Source: Octopus bimaculoides (lineage: Eukaryota). From it: a stretch of 64,000 nucleotides of DNA. Numbering within the stretch: the first letter of the stretch is position 1; every line of letters starts with the position of its first letter. Where the stretch lies: positions 86,670,477-86,734,476 of the forward strand of contig NC_068984.1 in the NCBI RefSeq assembly GCF_001194135.2, written 5' to 3'. The notes beneath the pieces were generated by a model. The model was not told the origin of the DNA. It ran no database searches and was given only the letters and a program-made list of their open reading frames with translations. Both the position numbers and the translations under genes were made by a program. Shown here piece after piece: positions 57,300 to 64,000 of the stretch.

Positions 57300-60000
57300 A
57301 ACAAGTAAGTGACAGAGCATGAAAAATCAAAAGCAGTTTAATAAAGATAAGAATAACTTTCCCAAGAGCAGTGAGAACATATTTTGGCTTAAAATGCTGA
57401 ATGTATTTTAAAACAAGATGCTGTGTAACAGCTTTCTCAAGAGCAGCAAGAATGCATTTTGGCTCAAAATACAAAACAACATAGAGAAGTAAAACAACTT
57501 CATCAAGAACATATTTTAATGTAAAATTTTGAACAACATTTCAATGCACTAATGGCAGAACACTGGAACACATTTCAATGCACTAATGGCAGAATACATC
57601 TTTATTTGCTTTAAATCTGATTTAATCTATTACCTCAATTCTTCATTGATTCACCAGAAGCAAAATACTTTTCATGAAACATGTTTGAAATGCAATGGTG
57701 CTATGGCTATGAAAGCAAATGATACTGCACTGCTTGGGATATTTAGATTCATAGAATTTATGCAGTTGTTTATAAATTTTTTGAAGCACCTCAAAATATT
57801 GTCCTGAGTGCAAGCTTGCTTTTCTGAAAAAGAAATTCAACAGTGTATGCAGAGAGTAGTTACAGGTAGTAGAAGAAAAAATCTTGATGCTGTTATTTTC
57901 TGGAAGCTTTATTCTTCAATAGTTTCTGATAACAACACTTATTTACAACTATTTCTGTCTGTTCAAATAAAACTGATGCTGGCATAATACCAGAAAATGT
58001 TTTTCTGGATTACTTACTGACCCAGATGGTAAGTATTCCACTAGGTGTAACTTACCTACATACAATGAGGCTGCTGTATTGATACCTGATAATGATGAGG
58101 AAATTCATCAAGCTGGAAGCATGTTGGTAAACAACTTTCAAGTACAGAACAACCAGCTGTCTTCAAATATTTAGTGATTCTCTTTTAGCTCATGATGGAT
58201 CCATGTTTTTCTCCTGGTGGCTCAGATAGATAGCATCTTGGTATACTAAACCGTAGAGGCAACAGAAATGTGAGATGTTTTTCAATTTTATGCTTTTTGG
58301 ATAATGAAGAATGCTGCATCACAGACACCTTCTATTCTAACAGATCAATATTCCAAAGTCCAGTCTACTTGCTTGCAGTATATTCAAAACAATCAACAGA
58401 TCCTACAAGTGGACTTGTACAATGGTCTCTCAGATGCAATCATTGCAGGCTATGCTAATAATATTGGAAGATGATACATTCTCCCAAACACACTTATAGG
58501 CAGTCCAAGATACAATGGCTGTCAAAAGGAAATTTGGAAAACCAATATTATTTGTGACATATATCCACAATCCAAGAGAATTTAATGCAGATCTAACTAC
58601 ACAAGTTTTCAAACTGATGTGCAGCAATTTCTACAAGATTTAAAATCTGGTATTTTGGGAAAATTAATTGGCCCATGGTGAGCACAATTAAATTCAAGAA
58701 AAATGGCTTATTTTTTTATAACAGAAAACAACCACAACACATAGCAAGATATTCACAAACTTGTCTCTGTTGAAACTCCTAATCCAAATAATGCATATAT
58801 AGCTGGTCTTTATGGTTTGGTAAAGAAATTCATGATACACGCATCATGTGGAGAACGGAATGTAACTTTGTTAAATGGATACTGCAGTAAGAGTTATCCT
58901 CCTTGAGTTCTATTCACAAATGTTAAATGGTAACCACCATCCACTGTATGTACCATCAGCAAAATCCTACTGTGTAAGTTGGAATTAGGAACATTGAGGT
59001 ATATAATCAACATGTAGTTCTCCATAATGCTTGATTACCTCAAAGATACAAATCTATGTCATTGTCGAATGGAGCACATCAGTCAAAGCTGTTATATATC
59101 TGTATAAATACATATTCAAAAGAGCAAATCATTCTAAGACCTAACTAGAAGGAAAAGAATAATTTCTTCTTGATATCAGAAATGCAAATCAGCAAGATGA
59201 GATCATTAAATGCAAAAATTGCAGATACATTGGACCATCTGAATCATGTTGGAAACTTTTCAAATTCCATATTGTAAAAAAGAAAATCCTTCTTTAGAAT
59301 CTCCTCTGATCCACATGCCTAATCAAGAAATTTTTGCCCAAACAATGTAGCAAATGTCCTTCTACACATTCAACTGACTAAACCCACAGTTTATTTTAAT
59401 AAAATCACTGAAGATCCAGAAGCAAGAAATATTCTATCAAGTTTCCCATTCTGGTAAATTTTATATCAGCTGATCGTATATTGTCCCTGATGCAACATGA
59501 ATTCTCAATATGTATCAACATCTCAAAGCTTTGAATTGTGCACTCCAAGATGTAATGAACAAAGAGAAAATTCTAAGAGGGAAATTAATAATCCTCAGGG
59601 GAAATTTTCAGTGAATTCTCCCAGTAGTCTATAAAATTCAATGATTTTTGCTAATTGATACATGCATGGAAAAGTGTTCTATTTGGAGTCAATGCAAAGT
59701 TTTATATATCCAGGCAAATATGAGAGTTCTCAATTGTTTGAACAACGATTTTGCTGCATCAGCTAAACCACTATTTCATTTGGTTGCTGAAACTGGGCGA
59801 AGGAAGGATTCCATAGATGTTAATATTGACACACCTTTCCCTGACACCATTCGGATTCCCCACTTCCTAACACTGAATTCCAAAGATTTGGTTCAATTTG
59901 GTTGTGCCAATCTAGCAACATACCATAAAAATGAACAATGGATGCCTTAAAGAGCTATTCTAACAACAATACATGAGGTCATAATTAAACAATAAAATAA
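57300..60000 (+). mobile_element. Helitron Rep/Hel pseudogene, heavily degenerate
   Basis: Motifs in order: NLPTYNEAAVLIP; LQYIQNNQQILQVDLYNGL; YILPNTLIGSPRY; KFGKPILFVT; MIHASCG; SVKAVIYLYKYIFK; DEI..RYIGPSESCWKLF; Pif1-like GKLIILRGNF..ILPVV and QANMRV. Confidence 0.85.
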
Positions 60001-60864
60001 TGAATAAATTTCCTGAAAAGATAATTACCCTAAGATGCAAAGACTCAGTAATAAAAGAATATTTTAGTTCCCAAAATGTAAGTGGAATACTCCTCATATA
60101 ATTGCTAGCTTTTCATTTTCTTCTATGTTAACAGCATTAAGAACAAAGAATTCTTGAACATCTTCAGATAAAGCAATTTTAAATTGTAATAGGTTTTTGA
60201 TAAAAAAATTTATACCAGCTGCAGAAATTATTCAAACTTGTGTCTGATGATCTTTTGAAAGAATAAAATTCTTTAAATGTCATGTGTGCCTTTGTCTTGT
60301 CATTCTGAAGATAAAGCTTATGAAGCTTATCAGTGACGAGTTAGTCTGAATTCAGAGTCTTTATCAAAATCAGCAGTTGTTAGATTACATAAACATTTAT
60401 GTATATCAAACAGTAATGATAAGAACACAACAGTTCTATGCTTTGTTCTTGGTAAATCTTTATATATATCAACCATATTTCCAAGCCCTTCTTCCATTCT
60501 GTATAATCTTCAGTACAAGTCAAGATAGGTAGTTGTTTTGTAAAACTGGCCAGTGAATCCTATTGTACTACAGTAAATTGTTATACAAGGAGTTACAACA
60601 ATGCTGCAATTTAAGCGATTTTTGAAATTTGAGATTTATAATAAATAGACTTCTGAACCTTCCTAACCTCACCTACTAATAGTTTTACCCTGTTGTCTTA
60701 CAATGCTGCCATTGTGAAAAAATAACTCCTCATTTCATAATTGTTTCCACATCCTAAACAATTATATTTTCTCAGATGCTACTACTCTCTCTAATAACTG
60801 ACAGTTTGAACCAAAAGTAACCACTCATGGTATATAAAACAAAGGAGATAACCCAATACATCAA

Positions 60865-61235
60865 AGAATACATCATCATCATTTTTAACATCTACTTTTC
60901 CATGCTTGCATGGATTAGACAGAATTCATTGAAGTGAAATTTCTAATCTGATGTCCTTCAAGTGCCAACCCTCACATGTTTCCAAGTAAGGTAATATTTT
61001 CCCATGGCAAGACATGTTTTCATGGAAGACTGAAAAATGAAGGACACCACTTACAGGACAGTGACACTCAATCATCACTATTGTGATGTCAAGGTAAGGA
61101 GACAATAACACATACACAAATATATACAATGTTTCTTTCAGTTTCCATCTAGAAATCTACTTGCAAAGCTTTGGTTGGCCTGGGGCTATAGTAGAAGACA
61201 CTTCCCCAAGATGCCACACAATGGGACTAAACATC
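60865..61235 (-). mobile_element. SINE with an RTE-like tail (same type as 3800-4150)
   Basis: Reverse-complement tail catcatttttaacatctacttttccatgcttgca through to the head. Confidence 0.75.
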
Positions 61236-61849
61236 CTACCACACATTCACCTATTGATTTTTTTTTCTTTTGTTTTAATGATGTAGCTCTGGTTCATGAT
61301 GAGCAATAATTCATGAGACCTGTTGGTCAAAAAAAGGCTAACTGTACCTGTTACAAAAGGAAGTATTTAGTTATTCAAGTCTCAATTTGTCCATCCTAAG
61401 AGATTTCACTTTGAAAGATTAAATTCTGAAAGCAGTTGAGAGTGTCATAACAAAATTAGTGTAGAATAGGGCCAGCTTGGATACAATTCAGTTTGGGCAT
61501 TCATTGGTTAGAAATTAAATTGATCTTTATTGAGATGTACAGTCAAAGGCAATCTAGCCATAATCATCCCAACAGTTTTGAAACACAATGCACCTCAGAT
61601 AACTATAAACAAAATGTCCCATTTTTTTTTAAAGATGATGTCTCAAAGTAGATGATTTGGCTGTTATTTTTAGCAGATCAGGAAACTATGCAGATCCTCC
61701 ATTGGTTCAGTATAGATGCATTTTCATTTTTCTAATGTGAAAGCTGTGAAACAATTTTGTTTATTTCAAAACAAATAATTATATCTACATTTGTAAAAAT
61801 TCATCATACGGCCAAACACTCCATACGTAATAGGCTCTAAGTACCGAAG

Positions 61850-62500
61850 ATGTTAACTTCATTTATAATACAAGATTTTGATGGTAGGGAAACATGGGCC
61901 CTGAATGTGGAGGATATGCTAAGGCTGGAGACGAACAGAGCTGGTATGCTCTGCTGGATGTGTGATGTCAGTGTGCATGTGTGACAGTTCAGTTGTATAT
62001 AGAGAAGTTGGACATAGGAGGAATTATAAGCAGTGGGCAAGGAGACTATGTTGGTTTGGTTATGTGATGTGGGTGGATGAGGACAGTTGTGTAAAGAAGT
62101 CCTGATCACTTAAAGTGGAGGGAAGTCATGGAAGAGGAAGATATGAGATGAAGTATTGAAGGCTGATCTCAAAATGTTGAGCCTCATGAAGGAAATGACA
62201 GAGGACAGAGGTATGTGGTGAATTGCTATACTCAAGAAGATCCGTCCAACACAATAGAATTGAGATCCTAAAATCAAGGTGCCACATAAAAAGCATTGGT
62301 GTGGGTGCTGGTGCTACATAAAAAGCATCCAGTATACTATGTAAAATGGTGAGCATTAGGAAGGACATAGTCATGGAAACCAAACCAAAATAGATTATGG
62401 AACCTGGTGCAGCCCCTAGCCTTGCCAGTTCCTGGCAAGTCGTCCAGCTCATACCAACATAGAAAACAGACATTAAATGTTGATGACAATGATGAGCTGC
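61850..62500 (+). mobile_element. RTE LINE 3' fragment with tail
   Basis: GRETWALNVEDMLRLETNRAGMLCWMCDVSVH, followed by a 3' UTR with gtgccacataaaaagca units and a (GAT)n end. Confidence 0.75.
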
Positions 62501-62632
62501 AGACAAAAATTACAAACCTAGGATAATAGTATAGAGTTCAAAGGATACAATACTGTGTAGTCAAAAATGTGTACTGAAAAATTGCAGTGGTATTTCTAAA
62601 AGATTTAGAGAGAACCAAGGCAGTAAATTTAT

Positions 62633-62965
62633 AGCAGTGGTTAATCTAGGAGTGGCTGAAACTTCACAAAGGAGTGGAAAATGTCAAGGAGGTACTGGGG
62701 TTTACAAAGGTCGTGATTTTTGTCATAAAATATTTAAACCACTTACAATACCAAAAATCTTTGTCAGGGTTAGAATATGTGTAGGACCTTGTGTTGTCAG
62801 TGAATAGAAACATAGCTGGTGATACAACATGGTCCTAGAAAAATGTACATGACAGACAGGGAAATATATGGACATATAAATAATAAACCAATTAGCAAAA
62901 TCAGCTTCTGTTTGAATATTTAGGGAAGAGGACACACTGAGTTACAAATGGTTGGGAACTACTGC
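62633..62965. mobile_element. Possible hAT-like MITE relic
   Basis: Ends cagtggtt... / ...ggttgggaactactg resemble CAG..CTG hAT-type TIRs; a similar relic is at about 11073-11218. Confidence 0.35.
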
Positions 62966-64000
62966 TTTGCAGTAATACTTAGGTAGGGGAGTACTCATGA
63001 AATGAAATCCATGAATGTTATATATGACTTCTGAGATCTCTCTGAGGGAGATATTTGTGAGAAACCAATGATCATCAGACCAAAATACACACTAGCTCTT
63101 TAACCTTTTTGAGACACATTGTGTTTTGGTATGTGTAGCCAAAAAGACAGAATTTTTTTTTTTCTGTTGAGATTGAAATTGATGGGTGTATGTGCAGAAA
63201 ACAAAAGATAAAGTGCATAAAACTACTTTGATAATATGTAAAACTATACAGATTATGAAAGCTTATAAACAGTACAATACATCTGTCACAATAAGAAAAT
63301 CTAAAACAACACAATACATGTAAATAAAATAAGCATAAATGTTTCTGTGAAAAAAAAAAAAAATGTATTGAAAGATGATCTCTGATTGGCTACTACACTT
63401 CAAAACCAACCATTTGCAACAGTCGTTTCATCAGGCCAATGGATCAGCCACAAAATACTTTCAGCTTGTATCACTTGGGCTGATCAATTAGCCTGGGTGT
63501 CCCAAGAGAGTTAAGTGAACATTTTAGAAATGTTTGCTTCATGAACAACATAGTGTAGAGGGAAAAATTTACTTTCAAGTTAGGAGTTACTTTGACTTAG
63601 ACCAACTGAGAAAACAATTTCAGAGATAATTTATTCACCAATAAAAAAAATGCAACACTCAAAAATTACATTGCTAAATAGAACAAGGATGACTAAAAGA
63701 TAGGTTCATAAAGATTTGAGTCAGCTATATCCTGGGTATTATGAGAGCTTCTATACAAGCCAGTGAATTCTATAACTTAAGAGTTAGTAAAAGCCTGGCT
63801 ACATTAAATGTGAGATGAAATTGAGATTATGAGATAGTTATCACTACCTGTACCTGTTTACAGTGGCCTTCCAAAATTTCATCAGAAACGTTTCAAAGTA
63901 GCAGCACTCACTGAAAAACTCTGATCTTGTATATAAACATTTTGGTAAGCTTTTCATGTTATTCAGTACAATGCTTTTCTTTGCAGTGTATATATAATGC

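Noticed and set aside
60235-60260. ACA CAA|gtttga (TQ plus donor) as the missing DKATQ exon
   Set aside because: There is an in-frame stop shortly upstream and no family motif.

Overview
AT-rich, repeat-dense animal genomic DNA with six assembly gaps. The SINE/MITE landscape suggests an octopod cephalopod (recalled, not searched). Two protein-coding genes can be supported. (1) The last two coding exons of a RACGAP1/CYK-4-like gene on + (1498-1828). (2) A GLCCI1/FAM117-family gene on -, rebuilt by hand from six phase-consistent GT-AG exons (48163 down to 13669, 344 codons plus stop). It has a candidate short first exon (MDNL, 48436-48425) in a CpG-retaining region, preceded by an in-frame uORF. 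The rest is intronic or intergenic and filled with decayed mobile DNA: three mariner copies, RTE and R4-like LINE fragments, a Helitron relic, tRNA-derived SINEs, piggyBac-like MITEs and microsatellites. The most unusual object is at 17.4-17.85 kb: a tRNA-headed element carrying a degenerate minimal hammerhead-ribozyme fold of the kind found in Penelope-like elements, with an inverted partial copy of itself. Other points of interest are a MITE with a TTAG target duplication shown by an empty paralogous site, a 157-bp duplication fused to a young SINE, and several orphan exon-like segments. No prokaryotic systems, CRISPR arrays, rRNA or intact tRNA genes were seen. All homology calls come from motif recognition, not database searches.
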